Below are positions 14,700-30,134 of a stretch of DNA of 64,000 nt, piece after piece. Below the pieces are notes generated by a model. The model saw only the letters and a list, made by a program, of their open reading frames with translations, was not told the DNA's origin and made no database searches. The first letter of the stretch is position 1. Every line of letters starts with the position of its first letter. This DNA is from the human T2T-CHM13v2.0 reference genome, Homo sapiens. The stretch is taken from assembly GCF_009914755.1 (NCBI RefSeq), contig NC_060926.1; one strand, 5' to 3'. Position numbers and translations under genes: made by a program.

Positions 14700-14876
14700 G
14701 AACCTTCAATTATCTTATTCATTTGTTTGTTTATATTCCCATTAGAACATAAGCTCCAGGAGAAAAGGAATCTTCTCTTTTTCAGGTTTATGAGAATATC
14801 TACAGCCTTCAGAGTAATGCCTGACATCTGGTAGAAACTCAATAAATATCTGCTAAATGAACAAATGAATGAATGA
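14700..14876 (+). mobile_element. L2 3' end
   Basis: ttagaacataagctcc...gcctgacat...ctcaataaatatctgctaaatgaacaaatgaatgaatga. Confidence 0.75.
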
Positions 14877-14931
14877 TGATGCTTTAGCCCAGTCCAGCTC
14901 ACTAATCAGAAGCATCACTACCATAGCACTA

Positions 14932-15313
<382 letters not shown>

Positions 15314-16939
15314 TCACATGCTAAAATGTAAAAAAAAAAAAAGAAAAGAAAGAAAGAAAATCAAGTCTGCAACCAAGGCAAGAAGACAGTTGATAGAAAA
15401 ACCAAAGTCTCTGGTCTCATGTGATAGAGTAGTTTCCAGAGCTATCACAGACATCTAATACTTAACTGATTTTTAATCGCCATTTTAAAATTCAATGCCT
15501 GGGCTATGAAATTCATTCTGGATGGGAAATGGAGCATCCCCCAAGAGCATGGGCAGAAAGGTAACTCTCCCATGATCGATGTATTTAAGCACTGCTGTCA
15601 CCTCACTAAAATGCTAAGGCAACCAGTCCAACACATATCTTGGAGGAAGCAGCACCTTGGGTCTGTAGTTCCATTTCCTAAGGCTTCATTAATCATGTAC
15701 AACTTTTGGACTGTCAATAGCACTTCAGCGTCTTAGCTGTAAAACCCTTCAACCCTTCAGATAAGCCTTTGTTGTTAATCTCTCTCCAGCTGAAAGACAG
15801 GTTATAAGGAAGAGTCAACAGTTCGGATGCATTACGTTTTGACTCTGAAATAAAGCCCATGCTTCCCCTGACATTTGTATATGTTGCCACCACTAATTGC
15901 TTTCTCCCAGTCCTATCTGCTGTGGGTTAGTTTACATAAAGATGGCTGTTTTAAAGACATCCCTCCTGACATATATGAACAGTGCATAACCTCTTATCAT
16001 GGTGGTTTATGTGTTTTTACAACAAAGACAGCCAAGCAGGGCTGTCCATGATTAAACCAGAACCTTTTGGATGCATCAATCACTTGCTGCTGTCATGAAA
16101 AATTCTTGGCTTCCTATAGAGGTTCATTTCTTGTTGTGAGACTTTCCCATAACCTATTTTTCTGGTTCTATCTCCTTTCCCATTCTCCTCTCCAGTGATC
16201 TTTGTCTTTTTTTTACTGGGTTAATTAGGGGTTTGGTTTCTTTTTATTAGGATGACTTGTTTATGGCTGAAGTGCCTTATAAATTCTCAGTTATACACAA
16301 GAAAGCTACCACGCCAAAGACCAAGAAAAGTAGAATTGAGTATTTCATTTTTAAAATTATCTAGCCTGTGCATTAATTTACTTTCCTTGCAAAGCACTTT
16401 TTTGTATCTTATTTAACAGCTGCAATCAAATCTGACAGAAAAGTATTTATTGTTCACAACAATCTGATCACCAAAAACTAAGATAAGTTAAGCAAATTGC
16501 CAAAATTAAGACAGCCAACATGCGCAAAGCTGTGATCAGAAACCCTGACTCCAAGGCTAAACAACCCTGCTTCCCTTTCATAGAGATACAAATAATATAA
16601 AGAAAATAATAACCCATAATTACAAATTCTTTTTGAGAATTGGATAGAAAGTTTCCAACTTTCTCAGTTCACCCCAGAGTTCAATTTCACCTCACTTCCC
16701 TGCCCTTCATGATGATGATGGCTAGCTAGTACTACTTCCCAGATGATCCTCTTTTATCATTTTCATGGGGATTATCTTTTCTGCCTTGTTCCTACCTTCT
16801 GTGCAAGAGAGTGGCTAGGAGTTTCTATTAAAGGTTCTTTTTCTAGGTGGAAGATCATAGGAATAGGGCGAGGGGCAATTATATCTCTATAGCAGAATCT
16901 CTCATAAATCTAAATGTTGATAGCAAAGAAGATACCCTG

Positions 16940-17085
16940 GGCTGAGTGTGGTGGCTCGTTTCTGTAATCCTAGCACCCTGGGAGGCTGAGGTGGGAGAAC
17001 TGCTTGAGCTGGGAGGTGGAAGTTGCAGTGAGCTGAGATTGCACCACTGGGAGACAGAGTGAGACTCTGTCTTAAAAAAAGAAAA
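16940..17085 (+). mobile_element. Alu monomer (FRAM-like)
   Basis: Single-arm Alu with A tail and TSD aaagaagataccc at 16925-16937 and 17086-17098. Confidence 0.88.
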
Positions 17086-19393
17086 AAAGAAGATACCCCG
17101 TTCTCACCCCAGGGGATCTCAGAAAAATGTGTAATTAACCTTGTTTCATAGAAGCATGCTGTGAATAACCACTGTATGACTTCCATGCATAGTGTCAAAA
17201 ATGGCATCCAGAAATGACAGGACTCGGTCAATGACAAGCCACTCTTAATTATTCAGGGTGGTAGAAAAATTGTAATAACCTGGCTAAATGGCATTGGCAG
17301 ATTATTCAAGCCTTCCACTTGGGCATATATTAGTGTCCCTCGAATCTTTGCATTTTCCAGTGGAATCCATAATGGGCTGTTTATGACTATAAAATGGGGA
17401 GTATGTGGGGAAAAAAAAGAGGAAGCTAAAACAGCATTTTTTTAAAAAGAATTCAGTGAGATGATACCTGATCTTTATGAAATATCATGAGGCTCTTAAA
17501 ATTTTGCAAACAACCAAATGGCAAATGATCAGTCTGGGGTCTATCTAGTGCCTTCGTTGAAGCTCACCTGGTGATCTTTCTCCCTCTATCTTTAATTTTC
17601 TTCAAACAAAAACCATCCACTTGGTTGTCTAGAGGTACTTTTTCCTTTTAGTAGCTAAAATGCTGAAAGGCAATCCTAAAGGAAGAAACAAAAATGTGGT
17701 ATACTCACTAGCTAACATCAGATGTTGAACTACTAAGCTCTAACTGAAGCAGCAGCATACGTTGACGGCTGCATCTGAATCGTCCAAATGTCTTTGGTTG
17801 CTTTGATCAGTTTGTACAGTCCATGGGACAGACACATTAGCTGGCTTACCAACTAACAGGCAGCAGGACCATATGTTCTGAACTAAAAACCAACTATGTA
17901 ATCTGGCAGTGGAGGAGTTGGTGTCTCAATCTGAGTTTTTGTCCTATGACAAATGGAATGCAGTATGAAACTATACTATTACATTGCAAATTTGATAAAT
18001 GACATGGAATGAGAAATTCCCCTGGAAAACTTGGATTTGAGATTTTTCATAAAAATATGTTCACGAAAATGATTGATTGCATGAATGATAAAATGGCTAG
18101 AGATCAACCAATGAATCTTCTGAAACACTTTCATTTACGACACTTTGGGAATCTTTGGCCTTTGTTCTCACTTTTCTAACTAGTCTTTCACTAGAGCTAA
18201 CTGCACCCTCACTGACCTATTTCACAGAATGTATGCCTCCCCCATCATTATATGATTAGTTACTTGCAGCTCTAAAGCAAAAAGAAATATGCTTTCGGGT
18301 AGATAAAAAAAAATATAGTTTACTTGAAACTGAAGGCTGCATTTTATCCTATGGTTTATACATCAAAGCCTCGCTCTAGACATCCCTCCCCAAATCCCTT
18401 AGCCAGACTGCTAAGCATGTAAATCTTTGGGGTAGAGAATTGAACAGAATAACAGGGGCACCTTCAAGAGCTTGTTTGAAAATGGATGTGAGATTCCCAA
18501 AATTAAAGCCCTTAAAAAAATAAAAAATAAAAAAATAAAAAAGGAAAAGAGTCCCTCCCTTCTCCTGACCTTGGAAACAAGTAAGGACGATGTTATTTTA
18601 ATTTGCATTCAAATTTTCACAACACAGTCACACAGCACCGGTGGAATCGACATTGGGTTTCCACCGAAGATTGCTCATCATTTCATTATGGCTCATTATG
18701 TTGATAACTGTCAGAAAGCATTAGCAGCGAGGGCTTTGAGTAATAGAACTGAAATGGTAATTTTAAAACAATACACTTTCTGGGAGGAAATACAGCAGCG
18801 CACTAAATTCAATTAGAAAAGGCAAATGTAGAGACAAAGTAAGTGATGTTTGTTGTTTGGAACTTGGCTGTTTCAATTTCTTGATAACGTAAACCTGGAG
18901 AAAGTTTTTTCAAATCAGGACCTCTGGTCATAGATCTTAGGAAATCTGCCCTCATTAGCTCTGAGCTCTCCTAGTATAAAATGTCTTGAAAGCTGCAATT
19001 TTGGAATATTTTCGGCCACGTCTAAGTATCAATCAATCACTCTTTGTTTGTTTGGCACATTCGAGGCTGTTTACTTGGAGACAGATTCGTAAAGGCCCTT
19101 CAAGTTGGCAATCTAAAATAATAATCTCTCATTTACAGAGTGTTCCCAATCACCAGGCTCTAAGAAGTTTCATCAAACAAGTTAAATAAAGAGCACCCAA
19201 AAGCACAGGGACAGATTTCCAATTGAAAAATACGAAAAACTACTCTGGTAACAGTGCTCAGAAGTCAAGGTGGCAAAATGACAGATGAGCTACATTTTTC
19301 TAGATATGCAAAGCCAATTTACTACCTTTACAAGGTACTTTTCTAGCACATTTTGAAATACAATAAGGGGTTGGAAAAGAAAGTTACCTTAAC

Positions 19394-19694
19394 GCCGGGT
19401 GCAGTGACTCACGCCTGTAATCCCAGCACTCTGGGAGGCCTAGGCGGGCGGATCGCTTGAGGTCAGGAGTTCGAGACCAGCCTGGTCAACATAGCGAAAC
19501 CCAGGTTCTACTAAAAATACAAAAATATTAGCTGGGCATGGTGGTGCATGTCTGTAAATCCCAGCTACTTGGGAGGCTGAGGCAGGAGAATTGTTTTAAC
19601 TCGGGAGGTGGCAGTTACAGTGAGCCGAGATAGCGCCACTGTACTCCAGCCTGGGCAACACAGTGAGACTCTATCTCAAAAAAGGGAAAACAAA
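19394..19694 (+). mobile_element. AluS
   Basis: Full Alu with TSD aaaagaaagttac(c/t)ttaa. Confidence 0.95.
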
Positions 19695-20439
19695 AAAAGA
19701 AAGTTACTTTAAATATAACATTGATTTAGCTTCCCAGTGGGGGAAAAGAAGATCTTGCTCACTACAATCATTGAACAAGCAAGTACATGACTAAGACCAT
19801 CAGAAGTCTTCCTGCAGGGGTGTGAGGTTGACCACGCCCAGTCCTGCTGATAACCAGACTGCATTCCAGAAGGGGCAGGGAAACAAGGAGAAACAGATCT
19901 GGAGAAGGGAAAGAGCTAGTCATTCGTAGAGTTAAAGGACTTTAATTTCATTAATAAAAATCACATCAAAATCCCTGTTAAGAAAAGATTCATAAAATCA
20001 AAATCCTGACATCAGCTTTAATGGCAGCCCTGAATGTGCAGAAATAATGGTGCTTGTCCTGGCAATGTTGCCAAAAAAAAAAAAAAAAAAAAAACTTCTT
20101 GCCTCTCTTGACTGATACAGGTGTCTAAGGTGAACATTTACATTTCTACTCTCTGGCAATAACTTGGTGAGGATTCTGGAAGAAACAAACAAACAACAGC
20201 AAAATTAAAAAGAAAAATAATTCCACAGTGAGTGCATTTGGTTGTATGATTCTACCCAGGCTGGATTTTCTTCATACAGGAGACAGATGAAGTATTCCAT
20301 TTCCATGAAGGGAGAATGATCAGAATCCATGAAATACCTTTCTAGAGTCACCACTGAGCTGAAGAACAGGTCTGAAAGTTACAGGCATCAAAACAGAATC
20401 TCCTGTCTCCTGACAGCCGTGGGGCTGGGAATCTAAATC

Positions 20440-20592
20440 CTTGCTGCCTAAAGACGGTTTTACAGATCAGTAGCTTCAGCCTCACCTGGGAACTTGTCAG
20501 AAACAGACTCTCAGGCCTAACCTCGCTCCTCCTAATCCGCAGGTGATTTCCATGTGATTTTTGTGCATGTGGATGTTTAAAAAGCTCTGTTC
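20440..20592. mobile_element. MER5A-like fragment
   Basis: cagcctcacctgggaacttgtcagaaacagactctcaggcc...caggtgatt. Confidence 0.65.
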
Positions 20593-21291
20593 TAAACTCC
20601 CTGTTCTAAATAGTTATGGGCTATTTTCCAGAAAATGTTCCGATGGTGCTTCCATAGAAACATCTCAGCACATCTCACAGGCAGCCATTTATGTTAACCT
20701 AACCAGAGGCTCCAGCAAAAGTATTCCCAAAGGTAAAGTTTGTTTACGATTAAATTCTCTTAAGCTCTCCAGCAGCGTCAATGGTGCAAACTTCCTAGGC
20801 AGTTTCCTTCTAAATTAGCCAATGCTACTTTTATTCACCTGGTCTAATTGTTCTCCAAGTGAACAAAAACCTGATTTTACAAGCCAGTGGAGCACAGTCT
20901 CTCTTTGGCTAGAAGAATGAGGCTCAGATAGTGTGTTTTATTTCTTCATTAGTGTGCCGTCACAGTGAGCGATCACTAAATGCGAGGCTGCATAAGAATG
21001 CTGGGGTTAAAGACAGCATAATGAACAAAGAAGGTGCCTGATTATCATGGCTGTCAGCACAAGGGAATTGGGTTTGTCACCTGGCTTAACCAACTGGGAA
21101 GAACTGATTAGAGGCTGGAATCAGTTTGAAAGGACCCCTGATGTTTATGCTGCTTCCCATCCCCACATCTTGTCAAGAGAATCCGATAAAGCTGGGGGCA
21201 GCGTGCGAGTGGGGAGAGTTACTCTGTGGATCATCTGAACAAGAGGTTCTTTGAGAAACTCCTACTGTCTTCTCTGTTGGAACGTCTACTA

Positions 21292-21486
21292 CAGTATTGT
21301 CCAATAGAACTTTCTGTGGTGATAGAAACGTTCTCTGGGTCTGCCGTCCGGTATAGTCTCCACTAGCCATATATGGCTATTGAGCACTCAAAATGTGCCA
21401 AGTTTAAATAAGAACCTAAATTTCAATTTAATGACTTTAAGGTTAAATAGCCACGTGTCAAGTGTCTACAGTACTAGACAATACAG
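21292..21486. mobile_element. MER3 hAT MITE
   Basis: tgtccaatagaactttctgtggtgatagaaa...cactagccatatatggctattgagcact...aaatagccacgtg. Confidence 0.85.
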
Positions 21487-21679
21487 GTCCATTATATTCA
21501 CTAGGAAGGGAGATGTCGAAAGGAAGAGCCATAGGCTAAGAATTAGAATCCAGTTCTGCTGCCTGACTTACGACTATATCTATTATCAGCAAAGTATAGT
21601 CACTTCCCTGATTATCCCTATCTCAGAGGAAGTCTTCAGAGGCTTATGCAGTTAATGTTTAAGTTTAAAAAAATACTTA

Positions 21680-21991
<312 letters not shown>

Positions 21992-22249
21992 TTTAGTTCC
22001 ATTGGAGGGGTCTGAACCTTAACTGTACAATAAATTAACAGACTGATTTTTGAAAATACTGATGCCTGAGTCCTACCCCCCCACCAGAAATCCTGGGGTA
22101 CAGGGCAGCCATCAAGTAATTTAATTATGCACGCAAGGGTAAAAATCACTGATAGAGAGGCAGTGAGATAGCTGTCAACCTGCTGTGGAGGCAGTTTGGG
22201 GAAGGAAGTGACCAGCTGGAAATAAAAGAGGAAGAGAACAAACATTGAT

Positions 22250-22410
22250 TAGATCCCTACCAGGTGCCAGAACTTTGCAAATTTTTTTTATTTCATTCTT
22301 AAAACAGCCCCAGAGGTAGATGGTGAGAATTCCAACTTACAGATGAGGAAATTGGGGCCTGGTGAGGGTAAACTCTCTCTGAATATCACAGTGTTGGTCA
22401 GTGGTTACAG
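22250..22410 (-). mobile_element. MIR
   Basis: Core ttacagatgaggaaattgggg. Confidence 0.65.
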
Positions 22411-22525
22411 CCAAGGCGATCCGATCAGCAAGTTGATGGCGTCGCCATCAGCACTTTGTTTCCTCTTAACTGAAGTGCTGCATATAAAGTAAGTGGGATG
22501 TGATAACCATTAAAGTAATGCACAA

Positions 22526-22830
22526 GGCTGAGTGCAATGGCTCACGCCTGTAATCCCAGCACTTTGAGAAGCTGAGGTCCATGGATCACATGAGGTGACG
22601 AGTTCAAGACCAGTCTGGCCGATAGGGTGAAACTCTGTCTCTACTAAAAACAAAAACAAAAACAGGTGTGGTGGTGGGCGCCTGTAGTCCCAGCTACTCG
22701 GGAGGCTGAGGCAGGAGAATCACAAACCCGGGAGGTGGAGGTTGCAGTGAGCCGAGATCACACCACTGCACTCCAGCCTGGGTGACAGAGTGAGACTCCA
22801 TCTCAAAAAAAAAATGAAAAAATAAGTAAG
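22526..22830 (+). mobile_element. AluS
   Basis: TSD taaagtaatgcacaa at 22511-22525 and 22831-22845. Confidence 0.95.
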
Positions 22831-23542
22831 TAAAGTAATGCACAAGACCTTGAAGTAGTAAAGTGTAGGAGAAGGAGTTCCAAGAGCAGGTATTTTCATG
22901 GACCTTTTAACAATGACACAAAAAGCCACCAGCCTTCCTTCCCTTCACCTTGTGGAAAATGACTTCTGAAACATGCAAATGTTACTTTAATTTTTAGACT
23001 TTTTGGTCCATCCATATGCTAAAATCAAATTTTCTCTTCTTCCCCTTTGCATCCTTAAGATAAAGCTAACAGTTAAAAATACAATTCCAAGGGCTCAACT
23101 ACCACAGCCTTATTACACATACATCAAATGTTCCAGCAACACAGACATATGGCCATCTTTGGAGGTTTCCTAAACTCCCAAGTAGCAAGACTTGGTAATA
23201 AAGTGATGGGCACATGGTCCCCTTAAATGCTAAACAGGTCAGCATCATGAGACTGAAAAATACCTGGGAGAAAGAGCCAGGACCTCCTGCCATCAGAGAT
23301 ACATTTCATGACACTCATAATACAATCAAATCTCAACCTAGAGAAGGATTTATCTGCATGGAAAGTAAGTGGGGGAGTACATGATGCAAATTGAGGGCCA
23401 TCCTCAAAATGTCAGCCTCAAACACTTCCCCTTGAGTTTACTATTGTGCCCCAGATTCCTACAAGAAAATTGTTGGTAGCAGGTGTGGATAAAGATGGGG
23501 AGTTTATTATTAAACTAATCACACAAATGGAACATAGCATGA

Positions 23543-24138
<596 letters not shown>

Positions 24139-24240
24139 ACCTTTTTAACAGTTACATCTGAGACTGACCCTAGGATTCTCCCTAACTCTGAATGTTTATG
24201 CTTGACTTGGGAGAGCCAGCAAGAGAATCTCCCAGATTCT

Positions 24241-24320
24241 CTATAATAGAATAATATAAAATAGAAATAATATAAAATATAAATATAATAATATAAATAT
24301 AATAATAATATAAAATAGAA
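24241..24320. repeat. AT-rich low-complexity tract
   Basis: ataatagaataatataaaatagaaataatataaaatataaatataat... Confidence 0.8.
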
Positions 24321-24764
24321 ACTAGGTGAGTCTTCAGGTTGTACAACTCTGTCCAAGGTAGGGTGTGATCTTGAGCATGTTCCTTAACATCTCTGAGCTT
24401 GCAGTTACCTTTTCTATAAAATAAAGATTATACCTACCTAACAGATTTCTTATAAACCACGTATTAAGATTTTTTTCAAGTACCTAATACATTACCTGGG
24501 CATAATTATAAAATTGTCATCATCATCATTATTATCTCTCATTATGAAAGAAACTCTGGAGGTTACAGCAATTTGAATATAAAGTCAGAGAGACCTGGAG
24601 ACTCACTCCACTCATTTTAAAGACAGGACTTGATTGCCCAGTGGCCCAAAGTGCTCAAATACCCAAAAACCTTTTATTTGCAGGGTTGTTAGCTCCAGAT
24701 TGGCCAAAATACCATTTATAGTAGTTAGGAAACAAAATAATAATAGTCATAATGATAACTAAAA

Positions 24765-25106
<342 letters not shown>

Positions 25107-26066
25107 AAAGCTAAAATATATGAAATGGCATCATCCTATGCGATGTACATAGCACATAAACAACATGAGGCTGTTTAATACCAACAACCATTAGGAGGCA
25201 CTGTTATTAACTCCATTCTCCAGGTGAGGAAACAGACTGAAGAGACTCAACAGCCACCCAGCTACACAACAGGCTGGGAAACAAACTCAAAATCTGTGGA
25301 AGGTGTCTGACCTGAGCCATGAGGCTAGCCCTCCAAGCACAGATTCACCTAATGGAAATTCATGGGCCCAGTGCTCCCCATTCCGATCAAGGTCACAGCC
25401 ATTGTAGGGTCTGTGAAGGCCCAAGTGTACATGAAAGGAATGGTAACACCTAGGAACACTGTCCATATAAAGTGTGAGAAAATATTTCTTCACTCCTGCT
25501 CTTCATACCAAGCTTCCCAGCCTCATCCATTCATTAACCCAGCATTTATTAAATGCAATCATTAAACAAGCATTTATTAGGATTGGGGCCTAAGTCTTAT
25601 GAACACAAAACTATGAGTAGAGAAGGAAGAGGTGTAATGACAACCTAAGCAATGATCTCAGTGCACACTGAGCTGTCCTTTACAGACTGAAACCACATTC
25701 CCAAACCCTGCCGTCTACCTGTTTCTCCTGCCAGTTGTCAAGCTTCCCTGAGTCCTCAGTGCAATGGCAAAGCCACTAATAAATTCCAATCTCAGCTCTA
25801 ATTACACTGTCAGACAACCTCTGAACACTCAATCTCTTCTCCACCAAGTAGTCTGTAGGCAGCTGTGCACACTGAAGGCAACCAGAAGCAGTGGGAAAGA
25901 CCCTTTCTTTTTACAAGCATTTCCCCTGCTATGATTGAGAAAGGATGAATGTTTGATCTCAAGTGCCCCCTGAATGATTATCCCAGGAGAAGACCTGGCA
26001 GTGCCTTGCTAGGTGGTAATGAAAGCTGTTGGCATCACAGGAATGAGAGACAAGCATACAACTTAC

Positions 26067-26222
26067 GGGTGCAGGGCATAGAGGCAGCATCGTTGTCAGC
26101 TCTGAAAAAGCCTCGGTCACAGGTGCACGAGGTGGCTCCTTCCCAGACAGAGTAGCTGTGGGGTGGGCACTTGGCACAGGTGGCATCCGTGGAGAGAGCC
26201 TTGTAATATCCAATTTTGCAAG
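26067..26222 (-). CDS. EPHA4: EPHA4 coding exon (exon 4), cysteine-rich/EGF-like segment, 156 bp, phase 1-1
   Basis: Translation (A)[51 protein letters not shown] has the Eph CRD pattern. Acceptor ttttttttcttcttccctgcag|CT at 26223/26222; donor ACCC|gtaagt at 26067/26066. Confidence 0.97.
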
Positions 26223-26491
26223 CTGCAGGGAAGAAGAAAAAAACAAACAAATAGAAACCACTGCAAATAGACCAAAGCAAAAATGCAAAGCCACCTCCTT
26301 GTTTCAGAAGAAGGGAGACGTTCTTGCTAATCATTAGCGATCATGTGGCTTGAAATGCAGGTCATGCAACCAAAAGCATTCATTGAGTATAGTCGCTCTT
26401 TAAGGGCCATTAACATTCCTGGTCAGGTGTCAAGAAGTCCAAAGGAAGAAATTTTCTTAAACCTGGCAGAATCAAGGAAAAGCACAGCAAA

Positions 26492-26705
26492 GTTTACCGA
26501 ACGCCTTTCTATGTGCCAGATACCCTTTATACACATTATGCTGCTTAATTCTTACAGCACCCCTTTTCGACAGGCATTATCTCTACCTTAGAAGTGAGGA
26601 ATTTCAGCTTTGAGCAGTTAATTGAGGGCACAAGACCATACATCTGCTAAGTGTCAGCACCCAGCTTTGACCCCAAGTGTTCTGCCCTCAAAGCCTGTAT
26701 GCTTA
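26492..26705 (-). mobile_element. MIR
   Basis: ctatgtgccag...ttaattcttacagcaccc...gaagtgaggaa...tttgaccccaag...caaagcctgt. Confidence 0.7.
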
Positions 26706-29700
26706 GTCACATGCTATGGAATTTCAGAGTGTAGCCTTTAGCCAACCAGTGGGAAGTGTATCCAAGTGCTGACAAAAAAACCGGGTGGTGATTATTTCCC
26801 AATTACAACTACAGAAAGAACCAAATCGAAAGATCAACAAAGGCAAGCAAGTAAAAAAGACGAGCTTGTAAGGCACGGGTCACAGTTTCAGGGTGAAATA
26901 ACAAAAACTATCAACTGGAGATTTTGGAATATAGTATGCTAAGATTTGTTTTTTGATCAGCGAATATTTTGTGTCTATTTTCAAGTTCATAAAACCCTCC
27001 TGTTTTTCCCTCTTTCCATTTTTCCAGCACCCTTCCCCTGCAATGCACACACCTCCCGAGAGCCTGGTGTAGAGAACACGGGCCATATAGTTTTTTATAC
27101 ACCTGACATCCTTTCCATGACTTCATCTTCATAAACATCACACTGACACTGTCATCATACTGACACTAAGGACCACTTTTAGTAGTGTGGAAAAACTCAC
27201 TAATTCTGGGAAAACTCATAATAAAAAATAATGACTACTTGCTCCCCACTCTTTTTCCTTCCCCCATGGCCTTTCATGATCGCCTCTCAAATCTGTCTCA
27301 ACCCCAGATAAAAATTGACCAACACCATCAGCATTAAACCCACAGAGACAAGGCCATTAAGAGTAAAGTTATTTCATAACACCAGAGGTTCAAAGAAAAT
27401 GTGCCAGTAACCCACAATCTTTCCAGCATGATTCACTCTCGTTTCTTTTCATTCATCATGTCCTTAGGACTTGTCTATACTATCAGAAACAGCAGTGGGG
27501 AGAAGGACCTATCAGCCATTTTCCATCAGCCTGGCAGCCAAAACGGAACAACCATGCAGCAACGCAGCAGATCTTACTGAAATGAGTACTAGAAAGAGAT
27601 CCATGAAACTGCTTGATTCTCTCTGGAGATAGGGCCATCATCTCACTGTCACTACTCATCCATCAAGCATCTGTATGGCTTCCAGCTGAAGTCTGTTCCA
27701 CCCACTCGCATATCCTGTTGGCATTTTCTTAATCATACTCTTGTAATGGCAAGCGGAAAGGGAATTTAGCAGGGGCTCAGGAAGGCACACAGTTACTTCA
27801 CTCTTACTAACTGAAGTTGTTTATGGAATTTCCTTTAACAAGCCAAAACTTTATGACGTGTGGAGCACTGACAATAAAAGTGCTGGGAGATCAATCTCTC
27901 CCTTATTTGCTTTCGTCTTTCACTGGACCGGAGCATCTTAGAAAAACAAGTTGCTCCAATGACTGAGATTTATGTGTCTCAAGTTTATACACATTGCATA
28001 ATTAGATAAGGTTCAACTTGCAAGGTGCTTTTTTGGTCATGCTTAAGATGGCCCTAGGGTTTTGATTAAAATCAGAAACCCTGACTTTAGCAGGAAGAAG
28101 GACTGGGGGTCAAGCCCAGCTTTCTCACATCAAACACAATGAGCCTCTGAACAGGAACACAAACCCACTGGGTCCCGCCTGTCACTCAGTCAGTCGCAGT
28201 CGACAAAAGCAACTTGTGGCAACTCAGGACTGCAAAGAAGGCACAAAATGCTTTCATTTTTTTCACATCTGAATGTTTGCAGAAAACTGCATATTACTGA
28301 CTGATTCTCATGCACCCCTCAATTTCAACAAGCATCAAAAACGAAAAACTCACAGTGGGAGTGGAAGATCGACAAGGACAAGAAACTGTCCAGTGACTGA
28401 TCATCACAAAGTCCAAATGGCATATTTGAAAAGCTATTCTGATAAGACTACTTCCAGCTAAAAAATTAAACTCATCTTTTGCAAAAATCAAAATGGAAAA
28501 TGTTGCCTTCAATTTCATTAAATTTCTTACAGTGCAAAAACCTGTTTTATATATTATGTGAATTTAAGAAAAAAGTGCATTTGCAAGTTTACATTTTTTC
28601 CTATTTTTCCTCGAAGCTGGTATTAATATGTCACCAGGAATAAATATATGTGAATTCATTTGGGAAATACCAATTTTATACCAGTTTGGAAAATTGAAGG
28701 CTGCTGTTCTTTAAACAGACACTCTTTTCCTTTTGCTTTTATAAAACACAGGCAGAAAATACAAAATTGTCATTGTGCTATTCTCGGCAGCCTTGCTACC
28801 CTTAACACCTTCTTTTGTCTCCAACTACATTAAGACCATGTTATTAATATTTCAGGATTCTTAGAAAGGCTCTCTCAAAATATAGTAGTGGCTTTTCACG
28901 CACATAGCCATTTTGCTGCCTACATTTAAAATGACCTAGTAAATTGATGGTTTAGTACATTTCTTTGCTCTATGTGGTGCACAGCCTTCCAGCATTTGGT
29001 ACATAAATGTGTAAGTACATTCTGCATTTATTCACTACTTACTAGCATCTGAAAACTTTCACTATCTCTTTTATTCTAAACAAAACCCCTGTGAAAGATG
29101 TACTTGGCATAACAAGCATTGACTGTTAGTATTTTTTATCCTTCTATTTTAGGTGAGAACTGCTATGCTGTATTTTTGAATACTAATGACTTTGTGAGCA
29201 AGAAACTACTTCCTCCTGCCCTATTTCCACCGAAGTTTCACTAGTTAATGAACCATCTGAATGGGTGTCTTACTTGATCTTCTAGATATGCCATGGAGAA
29301 AAGATTAGTTCACATGTATGATGCAAACTTTGCATTCAATTCCTTTAGCTTTGCTTTAATTATCTCTTTCTGCTGGCTTTGAATAAAAAAAGATGGAGGA
29401 GGAGAAGGAGGAGGAGGAAAAAGAAGAACCAACTCTTCTTTCATTGGCTCACCCACTACCATAACAAAGTCGAATTTTAAGATAGTCTTGGTAACGTAGT
29501 ATCTTCTGGATTTTTGATGCATTGATGTGTGTACGTGACAGTATAATGCCCAATTTAATGAGCTGATTACACCTACTATTTGAAAATTTTATATATATAT
29601 ATATATATGGCTATGTCATTTTTCTGCTTTTTAAGAAATGTAGAATAATTGATAGTATCTGATTGTCTTTATAGTTCATTTTAAAACTAAATTAGTGCCT

Positions 29701-29739
29701 AAGAGTAGCTAATAATAGCAATTGTGAAAATAAATATCA

Positions 29740-29912
29740 AGTATTCATTGAGTATTCATTGTTTATATGCTCATTGATCATTTAATTGTCACAATAATTC
29801 TGTGAGCTTGAGGCATTATCACTGTTCCCACTTTGCAGATGAAGAAACAGGGTTTTCAGTAACTTGTCCAGGGTCATACAGTTAAGTGGTAAGGCCAAGC
29901 ATTTAACTCCAG
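29740..29912 (-). mobile_element. MIR
   Basis: cccactttgcagatgaagaaacag...taacttgtccagggtcatacag. Confidence 0.7.
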
Positions 29913-30134
29913 TGCTTATGTTTTTCTAAAAGTTTTTAGTGAAAAAGGTTAAGTTACCTAGAGTTAGGTCTGACCTTCAGCAAAAATATGACTTGGGTAT
30001 AATGGAGGGGTAAGGATCTGGGCTGGTCCCAACTTCTATTTGTTCCCCCAGCCCATCCTCTTGCTGCCTTTATCAGCCACAAAGGCAGCCACACTTTGCC
30101 CTCTGTGACCCACTTTCCAGTTCAAGGTCCCTCA

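Noticed and set aside
20962-20972. acagtgagcga, matching the miR-30a 5' flank
   Set aside because: Only an 11-nt match with no hairpin following; chance.
26035-26334. 99-aa ORF as a stand-alone gene
   Set aside because: Only 26067-26222 is exon; the N-terminal FFFF stretch is the polypyrimidine tract.
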